Assembly: GCF_006345805.1 (NCBI RefSeq)
Contig: NC_043001.1
Span: forward strand, 67,208,001-67,272,000
DNA: 64,000 nucleotides
Reading direction: 5' to 3'
Source of the DNA: Octopus sinensis
Lineage: Eukaryota
Under the pieces are notes generated by a model, which ran no database searches, was not told the DNA's origin, and saw only the letters and a list, made by a program, of their open reading frames with translations. Position 1 is the stretch's first letter; every line of letters begins with the position of its first letter. This document shows positions 37,062 to 50,196 of the stretch, piece after piece. The position numbers and the translations under genes are program-made.

Positions 37062-38375
37062 TCATCATCATCATCATCGTTTAACGTCCATTTTTCCATG
37101 CTGACATGGGTCGGACGGTTTGACTGAGGTCCGTAGAGCCAGTGGCTGGACCAGGTTCCAATCTGATATAGCAATGTTTCTACAGCTGGATGCCCTACCT
37201 AATGCCAACTACACTGAGAGTGTAGTGGGTGCTTTTTACATGTCACTGGCACAGCAGCCAGTCAGGAAGTACCGGCATTCATCATATTCGGATGGTGCTT
37301 TTTACACGCCATCAGCACGGGAGCTGATCAGGGGACACTGGCATCAACCACGTTCAGATGATGCATTTGACATGCCACTGGAACAGGAGCCAGTCAGGGG
37401 GCACTGGCCACAGCTACGATTTTGGTTTACTTTACTCAAGTATATCATATTACCCAACGCATCAAGGGTACTCTTAAATGGGCCAGACTTGCAACACTGG
37501 CATCAGCCATGGCTGCGATCTCACTTTAGTTGCCGAGTCTTCTCAATCACAGCATATTCCCAAAGGTCTCGGTCTCCTGTCATTGCCTCTATGAGATTCA
37601 ATGTTCGAGGGTCATGCTTCACCACCTCATCCCATGTCTCCCAGGGTCTACCTCTTCCACACATTCCTTCCGCAGTTAGGGTGTGGAACTTTCTTCACAC
37701 AGCTGTCCTCATCCATATGTAACACATGACCATACCAGCACAGTTGTCTCTCATGCACACCACATTTGATGCTTCTTATGTCCAAGTTTTCTCTCAGGGG
37801 GCTTACATTTTGTCGTGTATGTGCACTGATATTACACATCCAGTGGATCATACTTGCTTCATTTCTTTCAAGCCTACACATGTCCTCAGCAGTCATGGTC
37901 CATGTTTCACTGCTGTGTAACATGGCAGTCCACACACATGCATCATACAGTATACCTTTCATCCTGAGCGAGAAGCCCTTAGTTGCCAACAAAGGTAGAA
38001 GCACTCTGAACTTTGCCCAGGCTATTCATATTCTAGCCACTACACTCTCAGAGTGACCATCCCCACTACAGACTTGGTTGCCTAGGTAGCGGAAGCTATC
38101 AAACACTTCTAGTTATTCCCACTGGCATGTGATGGAATCTGTTTTCTGTTAAACTTCAGTGTTTATTGCCTCTGTGCATCATTCACACACAAAAACTATC
38201 TTCCCATTTAAACTTCCTTTGATATTGCTGCAACTTTTATGTGTTCATACCTTACACTGAGTACAACATATGGAGCTTCTACCCACACCTTTTCTACAGA
38301 TTGAGTAGGCCATCTACATGACGGGGTCTGTGATTTGTCAGCCTTACTACTTGCTAAGAATTTGGTTTTGGCCCT
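37062..38375 (-). mobile_element. 5'-truncated RTE-clade LINE with ORF2 C-terminus, 3' UTR and (GAT)n tail
   Basis: ORF 37648-38004 LPLLATKGFSLRMKGILYDACVWTAMLHSSETW..WYGHVLHMDEDSCVKK, continuing GRGRP.TWDEVV..EKTRQLK*. Confidence 0.9.
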
Positions 38376-38395
38376 TTGATATTAGACCTTGCATC

Positions 38396-38444
<49 letters not shown>

Positions 38445-38624
38445 TATATATATAGAATGGATGTATACTGTCAATCTAACACGAACGTGACAGTAGGGGG
38501 TACACCATCGCTGTTTAGCCCTAGGAAGCATCGACGCCTCCTGATGGCTTTGACACATTTTTCCTGTGTCCTTATATACATTTACGAAGGGGAGACAAAC
38601 ACCCCCAGCCGCCTGGGGCTGCAT

Positions 38625-38667
38625 CTAGGGACACGTGTTTCAGGATGATTGTCCTTCGTCGGCCTAG
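38625..38667 (-). ncRNA. Minimal type I hammerhead ribozyme (U4C core variant)
   Basis: Minus strand CTAGG CCGACGA AGGA-CAATCA-TCCT GAAAC ACGT GTC CCTAG: 5-bp stem I, 4-bp stem II, palindromic ACACGTGT helix III, GUC triplet. Confidence 0.75.
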
Positions 38668-38868
38668 AGTAGCAGACACCGGTCAGCTGATGAATTTCTT
38701 TATTACCTATGAAAGGGCTACACAGAGGGGACATTACAATAGAGGACATGGGGTACATATAATAAAAAAAATCGAAAAGTATGATATGAAAATGAATTAT
38801 TTGTAATGAATTAAATGGAATGACTTACGAGCCCCCAACCTCGCAGTTTCATTTAAAATACAATTTTG

Positions 38869-40218
38869 TTATACTGGGCATTCATCTGTAATGTAATCAA
38901 TTAACCTCTCCTGGTCTATAATAGTTGGCAAACTGTCATAACGGATATATTGCAATTCGCATACAATAAACCCACTTTTCAATTTCTCCATTGTCTCTTT
39001 TTCCACAACCACCGCCTTCAAACTGTCATCAAACATTTCTGGGTTCAACTTTACTCTGATTACACTTTTCCTATTTGCCAAATTCTTCTCGATTTCCTTG
39101 TCCTTCAAGTACACCATAACCACTTTGAGATTTCTTCCCTTGGGTCTTCCTACTTCCTTACATACTTTCAACTGCTCTTCCACTCTTCTTTCCCATTCTA
39201 CCTCTGCCGTTAAATTTGCCGGTTCACTCGCTTTCGCTTTTGCATCCTTCTCTTCGCACGTTCGATCTTCTATCTCGTCGGTAGTCTTATTTTTCGCTTT
39301 TTTCTTTCTTTTTTGCACTTAGGTGGTGATTCCACCCGCGTTCTCTTTCTATCTTCTTTTCCTTCTGTTCTTTCCTTTTCTTCCTCCTTCACCAACTCAT
39401 CATCACTTTCCACATTTTCTGTATTCACACATTCTTCTTCTACATCCGCCATTTGCATTTCCTCTGTCCGAGCCTCCAATGTTCTTGTCTCTTCTTGTAC
39501 TTTTTTTTTCGGACACACATCCTTCATGTGGCCTCTGATTTTACATGTGTAGCACACTGGGGGTCTCCCCTCCACCACGACTCTGAGTCGTGTTTCGTCG
39601 GGGAACACCAACTCCTCTGGGATGTTATACAGGTCTGGCATGGTTATGTGAACCAAAGCCTGCACCGCATAACTCCACCACTTTACTTCTTTTGACCTTT
39701 CCACCTTCAATATATCCACGCTTTCTTTGCAGTTGAATACCACTGCCGCTAAAATTCTTTCCATATTCAGCTCCGGCGAAATCTTACTGATTCGTATCCT
39801 TACTGCCCTTTTTCCGCAATAGCTTGGTAATAACACCCATCTTTCTGTTTTCAAAATTTTCGTGGCATTCCTATTCGCTTCGTCTTCGTTTTTAAAATGA
39901 ACGTACTGTTGCGTATTTTCTACCTCTATTGTAGAAGGTAGTTTCTCCTTCAATTCCCTGCAGACACCTCTCTATTTCCTCCGTTTCTGCCACTTCTATT
40001 TTCTTTGAAGCCATGCTCCACGTTCTGTATGTTATAATACGTTTCTCTGCTTCTTTCGCTTCTTCTTCAGGTGGTGTGACCCTCACACAGTCACCTTCCT
40101 TCTTGAAGCTGTCGAAATATTTCTTCAAAATCTCCTTCTAGACGACCACTTCTTCCAACTGCAGTTCGCTCACAGCCAGGCCCTTGCCTGCTGCTCCCGC
40201 ATACATTTGGGTTTGCAT
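38869..40218 (-). pseudogene. Tx1/L1-type ORF1 (gag-like, CCHC zinc knuckle), copy 1, disrupted
   Basis: ATG at 40218; knuckle CYTCKIRGHMKDVC; relative to copy 2 it has a 3-nt TAG insertion (40138-40140), a 2-nt deletion near 39900 and a frameshift near 39318; reconstructs to about 450 aa. Confidence 0.8.
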
Positions 40219-40554
40219 TTTCGAAATAAAAAAAAACCTCCAAAAATTCACCACGCCGTAACAGCTTCCACCAACGAATTCGAACTCACAACCGCGATAC
40301 AACAATAACGTAATCAGAATTTCCGACACAAACAAAAAAACCGGTGAGCTGACGATTAAATCTTTATTATAGGCACGATGGCCCGAATTAAGAGGGGAGA
40401 TTACAAAACAGGACGTGGGGTACATATAATAAAAAAATCGAAAAATATGATATGAAAATGAATTAAATGGAATGGCTTACGAGCCCCCCAAAACCTGCAG
40501 TTTCATTTAAAATACAATTCTGCTACGTCGGGCATTCATCTGTAATGTATTCTA

Positions 40555-41760
40555 TCAACCTCTCCTGTCGTAACGTATATAATACAATTCGCATACATTA
40601 AACTCTAATTTCAATTTCATCATTGTCTCTCCCTCCACGATCGCCGCCTTCCAACAGTCATCATATATTTTTGGGTTCAACCTAACCCTGATTAAACCTT
40701 TCTTACCTGCCAGCCTCTTTTCGATTTCTTTGTTTTTCATATACAATATTACTACTTTAAGATTTTTTTTTTCTTCGGGTCTTCCTCCTTCCTTACATAC
40801 TTTTAACTGCTCTTCCACTCTTCTTTCCCATTCTTGGTCTGCCGTTAAATTTGCCGGTTCTCTCACTTTCGCTTTTGCATCCTTATCTTGGCACGTTCGA
40901 TCTTCCATCTCGTCTGTAGTCTTATTTTTTGCTTTTTTCTTTTTTTGAACTTTAGGTGGTGATTCCACCCTCGTTCTCTTTCTATCTTCTGTTCTTTCCT
41001 TTTCTTTCTCCAACTCGTCACCACTTTCCACATTATCTGTAGTCACGATCTCCTCTTCCATATACGCATTCTGCAACTCCTCCGTCAAAGCCTCCAGTGT
41101 TATCGCTCTCTCCTGTACCTCTCTTAGCGGACACATATCCTTCATGTGGCCTCTGATTTTGCATTTGTAACACACTGGGGGTCTCCCCTCCACCACGACT
41201 CTAAGACGTGTCTCGTCGGGGAACACCAACTCCTCCAGGATGTTGTACAGGTCTGGCATGGTTATATGAACCAAAACCTGCACCGCATAACCCCACCACT
41301 TTACTTCTTTTGGCCTTTCCACCTTCAATATATCCACGCTTTCTTTGCAGTTGAATACCACTGCCGCTAGAATTCTTTCCATATTCAGCTCCGGCGAAAT
41401 CTTACTGATTCGTATCCTTACTGCCCTTTTTCCGCAATAACTTGGTAATAACACCCATCTTTCTGTTTTCAAAATTTTTGTGGCATTCCTTTTCGCTTCG
41501 TCTTCGTTTTTAAAATGAACGACCACTGTTGTGTATTTTCTACCTCTATTGTAGAAGGTAGTTTCTCCTTTAATTCTCTGCAGACACCTCTATTTCCTCC
41601 GTTTCTGCCACTTCTATTTTCTTTGAAGCCACGCTCCACGTTCTGTATGTTATAATACGTTTTTCTGCTTCTTTCGCTTCTTCTTCAGGTGGTGTGACCC
41701 TCACACAGTCACCTTCCTTCTTGAAGCTGTCGAAATATTTCCTCAAAATCTCCTTGACGA
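40555..41760 (-). pseudogene. Tx1/L1-type ORF1, copy 2, 5'-truncated and disrupted
   Basis: 323-codon open stretch with RVVVEGRPPVCYKCKIRGHMKDMCP; 2-nt deletion near 41590 and a short deletion near the C-terminus relative to copy 1. Confidence 0.8.
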
Positions 41761-41904
41761 TAAAATACTCCAATGATAACTTGTATAACTTCCACTTTCA
41801 TTATTATATTACTGTAACAATCCAATTTATTGATATAGATAATCAGTAAATTTTGCACAGGTGACTTACAGGATCAACATATTACTACAATATCCAAATG
41901 TGGC

Positions 41905-42130
41905 CATTGTGCCTACAGCAGACAGATTAATACAGTACATGTAACCTACTGTACCCATATATGACCTACAGCACCCACATGCTACCTATGGTACCTACAT
42001 GTGACCTACAGAGCTGACGTGACCTAATGTACCCGCAAGTTAACAGTAATAGACATAAGTGACCAAAAGAACCAACGTTACCTGCAGTACCCACATATAA
42101 CCTACAGCTGTCATATGTGACCCATGTTAC
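41905..42130. repeat. Degenerate minisatellite of about 19-20 bp (ACCTACAGTACCCACATATG-like)
   Basis: ACCTAC/ACCTGC..CACATATG motifs recur at a near-regular spacing. Confidence 0.55.
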
Positions 42131-45100
42131 TTTCACAATGACAACTTCAAATTCACAGAGAATTAATGATTTTGTCACAGACTGTTCAGATTTATGATAA
42201 TATGTTTAAATGGTATTGGATTTTCTTTCAAGCAAATGGTTTAACATTGATTGTATCAGTTCAACATAATGACATCACACACACAAAGTACTATCTCTCT
42301 CTCTCTCTCTCTCTCATACATTTCTATGTAGATACACATAGAACTATCACCATGTACCTGAGCACAAATAATGAACAATAACACAATATGTCCATGCAGA
42401 CATGTGCACATGTGTGTATGTGTGCAAATATGTATTCACATTTTCTAATTGAAAAGGTGAGAACTTTACTCTTCGTCATTAAGAACAATTCTTTGACATT
42501 CACAGTCATTAATGGTCATTCTTGTTGGCAGCTTACATATCATATTAGGAAATTGCTCACCTGAAATAAAACCAAATATATACCAAGACTGACAATAAGT
42601 GAAACTTTCTGACCAACACTATCTTCAACTTTAATATCACATTAAGATTGACTAAAGATAGTTTCACAATCTCACATTAATTTTATGAATTTGAAATGAG
42701 AGATGGAATCAGTTTTCAGGTTTAATCTAAACCCACACATCTCTACTTAATATTTAGATACCAAAGCTAAATATTTTAGTAGGCTGTGCCTTTAAATAAT
42801 ATTATCATCATCATCATTGTTTAAATGCCTACTTTTCCATGACTGGATGGGTCAGATTAAATTATATGGAGGCAGAATCTTCTGCAGCCAGATGCCCTTC
42901 TTCACCTGTTTCCCAATAAAGTGATAATCTCCCAGTCTCTCAAACAATGACTAGCTTAGACATACATTTGTAGAGGACTGAAAGCAAATGAAACTATTTG
43001 TATGAATGGTGATAATTTGTATCCAATCAGTGTGCATACATATCAAGATAAAGAGGAATATGAGCTTAATCATGCATACACATACACACGCATGCATGCA
43101 CACACCCACCCCCAACAGTTTCCATCTAGTTTCATACACATAGCTTAGTGATTAGGCTATTTGGCTCACAATTGTAAGGTTGTGAGTAATTCCTAGAAGC
43201 ATGTTGTGTCCTTGAGCAAAACACTTTATTTCACATTGCTCCAGTCCACTCATCCTCTCAGCTGGCAAAAATGAGTTGTATTTCAAAGGGCCAGCTTTGT
43301 CACATTCTGTGACTTGCTGAATGAATCTCCTTGAGAACTACATTAAGGGTACACATGTCTGTGGAGTACTCAGCTACTTGCACGTTAATTTTACAAGCAA
43401 GCCGTTCCATTGATTGCATCAACTGGAAACCTTGCTGTCATAACTGATGGAGTGCCAGTTAAGAACAACAGTAGACAATATCCAGGTAGCAGAACTGAAC
43501 TCCTAAGCATGTGGTTCCAAAGTGAACTTTTTAACCACACAGCTACATATATTGTGCATATATTTACTTTATCAACTTTAAGAAGAGAGACAAAGATGAC
43601 TATAGTAGAATTTGAACTCAGAACGTAAAGGGCTGGAACTAAATACTGTAAGACATATTTAAGCCTACAAAAAGAGATGCAACTAATACATTGGTCTCAG
43701 CCCAGGGGGTCCAAGGAGAAACTCAAAGATCCAAGAAAGGGATTTTTGATATGGGAAGGAGACCCCCAGCCACTTCTGTGGTAGAGCATGAATCCAACCT
43801 TGTTCTGCTTAGCAAAATTTCTCTCAAGAGATCCAGGGCATATTGTGAGATATGCTACCACAAACAAATTATGGCTATATTAATAAATATATCTTCAGCC
43901 ACTATGAAGCTGCCAAGAAGTAAAATTAAGCTGGCTAATTGATTAGATTTATGCTTTTTTAAAGCCATCATCAGGACTTGCTTACTCACCACTGGTTACA
44001 GAGAGACCGTAGTGGTTGTATCATTTATTTGTAAATGACTGGAACACATTTATGTAGCAACAAAGATGTCCATGCATGTAAATTAACTGAAAAACTGACA
44101 CTGATTTTTCTTTTCAACCTTCAGATAAACTCAGTAAATTTGGCAATACCAGCATGTATAAAAATGGATATATTATGATTACTTTACCATCTGCTGATGA
44201 AGGTGATGTGTGCAACTATAATTTTATGTACACATTTCATAAACTGGGAACTATGTCCCAGGAAAAGATATATATATGTGTATTTTAATATTTTTACTTT
44301 CATTTGTTTTTACAGTTTGGCTCCAACCCTTGTCTGCCAGTTTTACAGTTTGGCTCCAACTTTTGTCTGCCAGTGACAAATAGAATTTGAATGCAATACC
44401 ATAGAAGATCTAAAAAAAAACCACCATCTTTCTAATAATTTGTCATATTCTTTCATTTTCAGTTGGTGGTGCGTTGAGGCCTGTCAACATTGCTGAGCTA
44501 TAAAGTTAAACTAAAAGTCCCAACACCAAGACAGTCACTACAAGATTGGTTCCTGATTGTTCATGTATTCAAATACTATACCTGTTTGAGCATCCCAGCT
44601 GACTTACTGTTGAGATATTTATTTCAATATATTGTATAGCTTTAATGATTGTTAAATGCTGTCTTTTGTTTCCATTCCAAAACAGAGTAAAAAAAGCCCA
44701 GCTGTTAAAAGTATACTGGTTGTTTTCGATATCAGCTGAACAGCATTGTTAACCAGTATCTAATAAATAATTTGTCTGGGTTTATACTTTATCAAGTTAT
44801 CTTTTCTATAGTTTAGATTTCATTTCCAATAATTTATTGCAAATCTCTCACAATGGAGTTAGAACAATGTACACAGAATGATAAACTTAGAGAAGCAACA
44901 AAATAAATCTTCAATTTTCAATGGAAGAAAACACTAAAATATTGAGCACTTTCTTCTCTTTCATTTGTAAGTCCAGTTATATGTGTATGAGAACGTGTAT
45001 GTGTGTGTGAAAGAGTGTGTGTATGTGAGAAAGAGAATGTGTGTGTTTGTGTGAGAGAGGCAGAGACAGAGAGAGGGAGAGAGTGTGTGTGCATGTATTT

Positions 45101-45574
45101 GATGGAGTAAATATCTTGCAGTGCTCATTATAAACATGCATGTATAAGTATTTGATGTGTGCATGTGTAAGTATATCTGGGATATACATTTATTTTTCTT
45201 TGTATCTACACACACACGTGTTATAGTAGTATTACATCCTTGAGTTTGATATAGACTATACTGTAACAGTGTTATAACACTACAAAAACTAAATCAGTAA
45301 CAAAAACGTAACAAACTTATATCACCTCTCAACGATTTCTACAACTGTAGCTGAAAGTGCCCAAGGGGTACTCATACGTGATGATGCACCTTGGAACGCT
45401 GACATGGAGACACATGTCCACAAATATGGAGATGCACATCTATACAGACAAACATGGTACATAGTTGCAAAACACACACACACACACATGCACACGCAAG
45501 GAGACAGAGGTGCATACATATACAAACACACACACACACATACATAAAAGATACACAAACATAGACATGCATAT

Positions 45575-47650
45575 TTATAGTTTCTTAGCGGTACTTAGAA
45601 GGGCTACTTATATAAAGGCCCTTATAAATACTAAGATCAGGAGGGTAGAGCACTTTAAGAAAGTGATAAATCAAGTAATTTCTAAAGATCATTTCAAACA
45701 ATATTGCTTTATCGTATAAAGTTAAAATTTAGGATTGTCAAGAAAATTATTAAGAATGATATTATAACAAAAGGATAAAATTTCTTCGCATACTTTTGAG
45801 TATATATCAAATTTTACCACAATAGAGGGAGGAAAAGAAATTACATAGAAACAGTTTAATACTTACACAAATTATTATCTAAATATTAACTTATTAGATG
45901 GTATCTATGGAGATTGATCAATTGGATTTTACTGATAATTAATAAAGGAGTACTGAGGCTAAAGAACATGTTAACTATATACTAATTTAATTAAATTAAA
46001 TTACTTTAAGTTGTGGAGATACCGGCATTGTTTTATATAAGCTAAGTATGAATTTATAGGGTTAGAAAATTAAATTTCTTAAAGGTTATTATAAAATAAT
46101 AAAATGATCAGGTAGGGTAGAGTACCATAGAAAAGGAATAAAGATAGCCCAATCACTAAAACTATAATAAAGTATATATACCTTATTAACATCAATTGAG
46201 AAGATTTAGAGAAAATGTATAATAATTTAAGTATTATAAACTAAAAAATGTTCATTGACTTATTTAGCTTATTTCAATCAAGACTGATACCTGGTATTAG
46301 TTAAAAGAATATTGATGTTATAGGACATGCTAATTGTACACTAGTTTTAAATCAAAAGGTATAAAATAGGTTTTAAAAGTTATCAGTGTTAATCTGTACA
46401 TGATATTACAGTTTCTTAGGGGTACTTAATTGGAAGGGCTACTTGTATAAAGGCCAATATAATACTAACATCAGGAGGGTGGAACACTTTAAGAAAGGAA
46501 TATATAAAGTAATTATTAAAACTGTTAAAAACAATATAGTCATATTGTATAAAGTTAAAATTTAGGATTATCAAGAAGCTTTAGTATTGAGGCGAAAGAA
46601 CAAATTAAGTATATATTAATTTAATTATAACCTAAGCAATTTAATTTTAAGTTGTAAAGATACCCATATTGTTTTATATATAAGCTAAATATGAATTTAT
46701 AGGGGAACAAAATTTAGGTTTATTTAAAGGCAATTATAAAGTATTAAAAAGTAATAAAATGATCAGGTAGGGTAAGTATGAATTTATAGGGGTAGAAAAT
46801 TTAGATAAAATATTAAAAAATAATAAAATGATCACTGAAAACCAGGATGAAGTATATATGCAACTTAGTAACATTAATAGAGAAGATTTATAGAAAATGC
46901 ACACTAATTCAAATATTTAAAACTAAAAATTGTTTATTTACTTATTTAGCTTGTGTCTATAAAGACTGATACCCTGTATTAACTAAAGAAATATTGATGT
47001 TGTGGGACATGCTAACTATATACTAATTTTAAGCTAAGAGGTTTCTTATAGGTTTTAAATCACAAGATCAATAAAGTGCTACTTTCTAAAATATTTAAAG
47101 GTACGGGTGACACTATGTACACATGATACCCTAAAGTCTAATTGATTATTAATCAGGTTGCCTTTATCTTTTTGCTTAAAAATTTCATGTTTCCATAGAG
47201 CACAGCTCACACCCATATCTGCTATTTCTGTAAGGCTGTGCTTTTCTTATTATTTCCCATTTGAGGCTAAACTCAATTCCACTTTCCTTCAATTCCGAAA
47301 TCTTACTGGATAATGATGTACAATTTGTTTTATGTTTAAGTTTAAAGGACGACATGTGGTTGTACAGATGCTGTTTCATATTAATCGGACAACCGATATA
47401 TATGAAATTATTAGTTGTAGTTTTTATTGTACATTTATATATTACATTCATTGCCCTAATAACAGACAGCGAGATTTAACTCTACATTCGCAACTAGGAG
47501 CATTATTATTATTAATATTAATATTATTAAGATTCAAATTATTATTATTAATATTTTCGATATTAATATTACTAATATCAAGTATTTTATGTTCACATCT
47601 GTTAGTTTCTAACTCCACTTCAATTGTAGTATCATTTAAAACTGTCTAAC
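45575..47650 (-). mobile_element. Second, older Neptune-like Penelope element: GIY-YIG fragment plus tandemly duplicated AT-rich 3' region
   Basis: Minus frame N-rich linker, SCECRVKSRC, then NVIYKCTIKTTTNNFIYIGC..YNHMSSFK..LKWEII..CELCSMET (paralogous to the 60.3-61.5 kb ORF); 45576-46380 is repeated with divergence at 46408-47075. Confidence 0.8.
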
Positions 47651-47899
47651 TCAATAATTTCCATGCACGTATGGGCACTGGAACTACAATCCATTCTGTT
47701 TATATTTGAAGTACTACCACTATCACTTCTATTCATCACATCATCATCAATACTACTATTCTCATTTTGGGGGTTTATGTTTTAGTTGACAGTTCTATTA
47801 TTATTATTATATTTATTATTTTTTTTATTATTGCTATTGTTACTATTATTATTATTATTGTTATTGTTACTATTATTATTATCATTATTATTTTTTTCC

Positions 47900-49128
47900 A
47901 TTCTTTCTTCAAATTTTCTTCCATTCTTTGCTGAGTGTTTTCCGTACACCTAGTGCTCATTGTATGCATTCCCAGATTACACACGCAAATTCACAGGTAA
48001 AATATCCATTAAAAAAAATTAATAAATAAATTCATGAATGGATGTTGTTTTCACAGCAATAATGCTCTTCTCAGTACATGAGTCGTTCCAGTTAACATGA
48101 TTTTTTGCACTTCCTGTAGGGATGGTAAGCCTGGTATCATTTTCAAATAGGTTTCAGTACCGTTTTTTATCATTCCTAGAGATCCTACAATCACTGGTAC
48201 TGTAGTCGCCTTGAGATGCCACATTTTTTCAATATCTATTAGTAAGTCTTTATATTTACTAATCTTGTCAAATTTTTTCGCTGCTATATTAATAAACACA
48301 TCTTTTTTGTTTGATCTTTTATAATAATATCCGGTTTATAAGTTTTTATAGTTTTGTCGGAATGTACGGGGAAGTCCCATAGAATCGACACATTTTCTCC
48401 CTCAGTCACAACTTCAGGATGGTGTTTATACTATTTGTCAGCGGTTTTGATTTTATAATTCTGACATATTGTCCAGTGTAAATACTGGCCAATTCTGTCT
48501 TGCTTTGTATTCTACAGGTGCTAAGACTCTACACCCTGAGATTAGGTGGTCTATAGTTTCGATCTTATTGTTACAGAATCGGCATTTTGGGCCAGCTCCA
48601 TTTTTTATCACATTGGTTTGGTAGTTCTGGGTTAATAAGCTTTGGTCTTGAAACCTTTACTCTCTGCTTTTAGCCCTGAGCTTTGTAACCATTGATGCGT
48701 GTGTTTCTGGTTGACATCAGCTTGTTTGTTACGAGCCACATACTTGCAATGCAGAGGTTTCTGTTCCCATCTGCTAGCTAATATTTCATGTGCTTTTGTC
48801 TTTGCAATTAATTTTCTTTTCTTTACAGCAGCAGTTAGTGCATTTCCTTCAGCCTGATCAATCTGGTAGGTATCTAAGAGATCAGAAGCAAATTTTTTGC
48901 TCTCTTTCACAATAGAGTGAAGTTTTTTTGGTCTTTCATGTATTTCAACAAGTTTAGGCATCCAATCATTGGTTGTTTCAAGGTATTTGGCCAGTCCAAT
49001 TGTGGTGGTTTTGTTTGTAAGTTCAAGCTGGAACAAGCCTTGACCTTCCTGAGCTCTGGGAAGGTAAAGACGATCCATGTCTGCCTTTGGATGGTGCATC
49101 TTATTACAAGTCAGTAGCTTGCGGATTA
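47900..49128 (-). mobile_element. R4/Dong-like RLE-endonuclease non-LTR retrotransposon, 5'-truncated and degraded
   Basis: Frames HPKADMDRLYLPR, CRFCNNKIETIDHLISGC (zinc motif), KPDIIIKD..FI (PD-D/ExK nuclease) and PVIVGSLG; (ATT)n tracts on both sides, consistent with the known (TAA)n preference of Dong elements. Confidence 0.85.
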
Positions 49129-49202
49129 TTATTATTATCATTATTATTATTATCATTATTATTATTATTATTATTATCATCATCATTATCATTATTATTA
49201 TT

Positions 49203-49722
49203 ATTGAGTGAGAGAGCAGTGCAAGCCATCAAAGTGACACTGGGATAAAATATATGAAGCCCAGTATACCCATCATGACTACCCATCTGATAAGGGTACA
49301 CTAGGCACATGTATCACAACCATATGTGTGTGACATGGTGATCTCATATCAAGATAAACAGCACATGACCTTGCAGGTGGGTGTCAGTTAGAATTTTCTT
49401 CTGGTCGAGTAACCCATCCCACTCAAAAGGTCCCTGAATAAGGGTTGTTTAAGGATGTTGAATGAAACACCTATGTTTCCAGAGGTGAATTATTCAAACC
49501 CCAAAGAATCCCTCTCAACATATGGCCATGATACTCCCCCACTACTTCTGCTTGTAATCAGAGATGCACATATCATCAGCCACTAAGGGACATGATCAAC
49601 TGGTTAACGTCAAACAACTGACAAGCAAATCTGTGGTATTGAGCAGAATACTTGCTGTATCCCATCTTTTATACCAAGACAAAACAATGTACATGATAAC
49701 ACTTCCAATTAGTTAAGATCAC
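49203..49722 (+). mobile_element. Unclassified interspersed repeat starting in (ATT)n; deleted copy at 34085-34330
   Basis: Both copies start ATTGAGTGAGAG and share CAGCCACTAAGG..CAACTGACAAGCAAATCTGTGG..CCAAGACAAAAC..AACACTTCCAAT. Confidence 0.75.
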
Positions 49723-49797
49723 TAATTGATGCAGTACCAGCCACTGCCTGGTACTGCATCAGGGCATTTATTATTATTATTATTATTATTATTTTAT

Positions 49798-49975
49798 CTA
49801 TCTATCTACACACACATATACATACACACACATATTTATACATATATATATATATACACATACATACATATATATATATATATACACATATCTATGCATA
49901 CTCACACATATCTATACATATATATATATACACACACATGCATATACATACATATGTACATAAGCACACATATCT

Positions 49976-50030
<55 letters not shown>

Positions 50031-50141
50031 CATACATATATATATATATATACACATATCTATGCATACTCACACATATCTATACATATATATATACACA
50101 CACATGCATATACATACATATGTACATAAGCACACATATCT

Positions 50142-50192
<51 letters not shown>
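49798..50192. repeat. Compound TA/CA microsatellite with a higher-order internal duplication
   Basis: CACATATCTATGCATACTCACACATATCTATACAT..GTACATAAGCACACATATCT occurs twice. Confidence 0.9.

Positions 50193-50196
<4 letters not shown>

Larger units (their letters stand above)
38456..41760 (-). mobile_element. Head-to-tail tandem (about 1.66-kb unit) of an ORF1-only retroelement, ending in an HHR-bearing tail and (TA)n
   Basis: Unit 1 is 38679-40340 and unit 2 is 40341-41760 (5'-truncated); both carry the same gag-like ORF and 3' UTR with AATAAA; no APE or RT sequence between units. Confidence 0.85.

Noticed and set aside
38683-38722. Plus-strand CTGATGA..GAAAG (and CTGACGA at 40349) as an antisense hammerhead
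   Set aside because: Stem II has only 2 bp, stem I does not pair, and the second copy lacks GAAA.
44125-44202. Possible short plus-strand exon after a strong acceptor, and a nearby 33-bp tandem duplication (44308-44373)
   Set aside because: Peptide not recognisable, donor weak, and neighbouring acceptor-like sites lead to stops in all frames.
45576-46470. CTGATCT/CTGATGT..CTAAGAAAC motifs on the minus strand of the older PLE as hammerheads
   Set aside because: A stem II-like pairing exists, but the core is altered at conserved positions and no stem I partner follows; at best unrecognisable relics.
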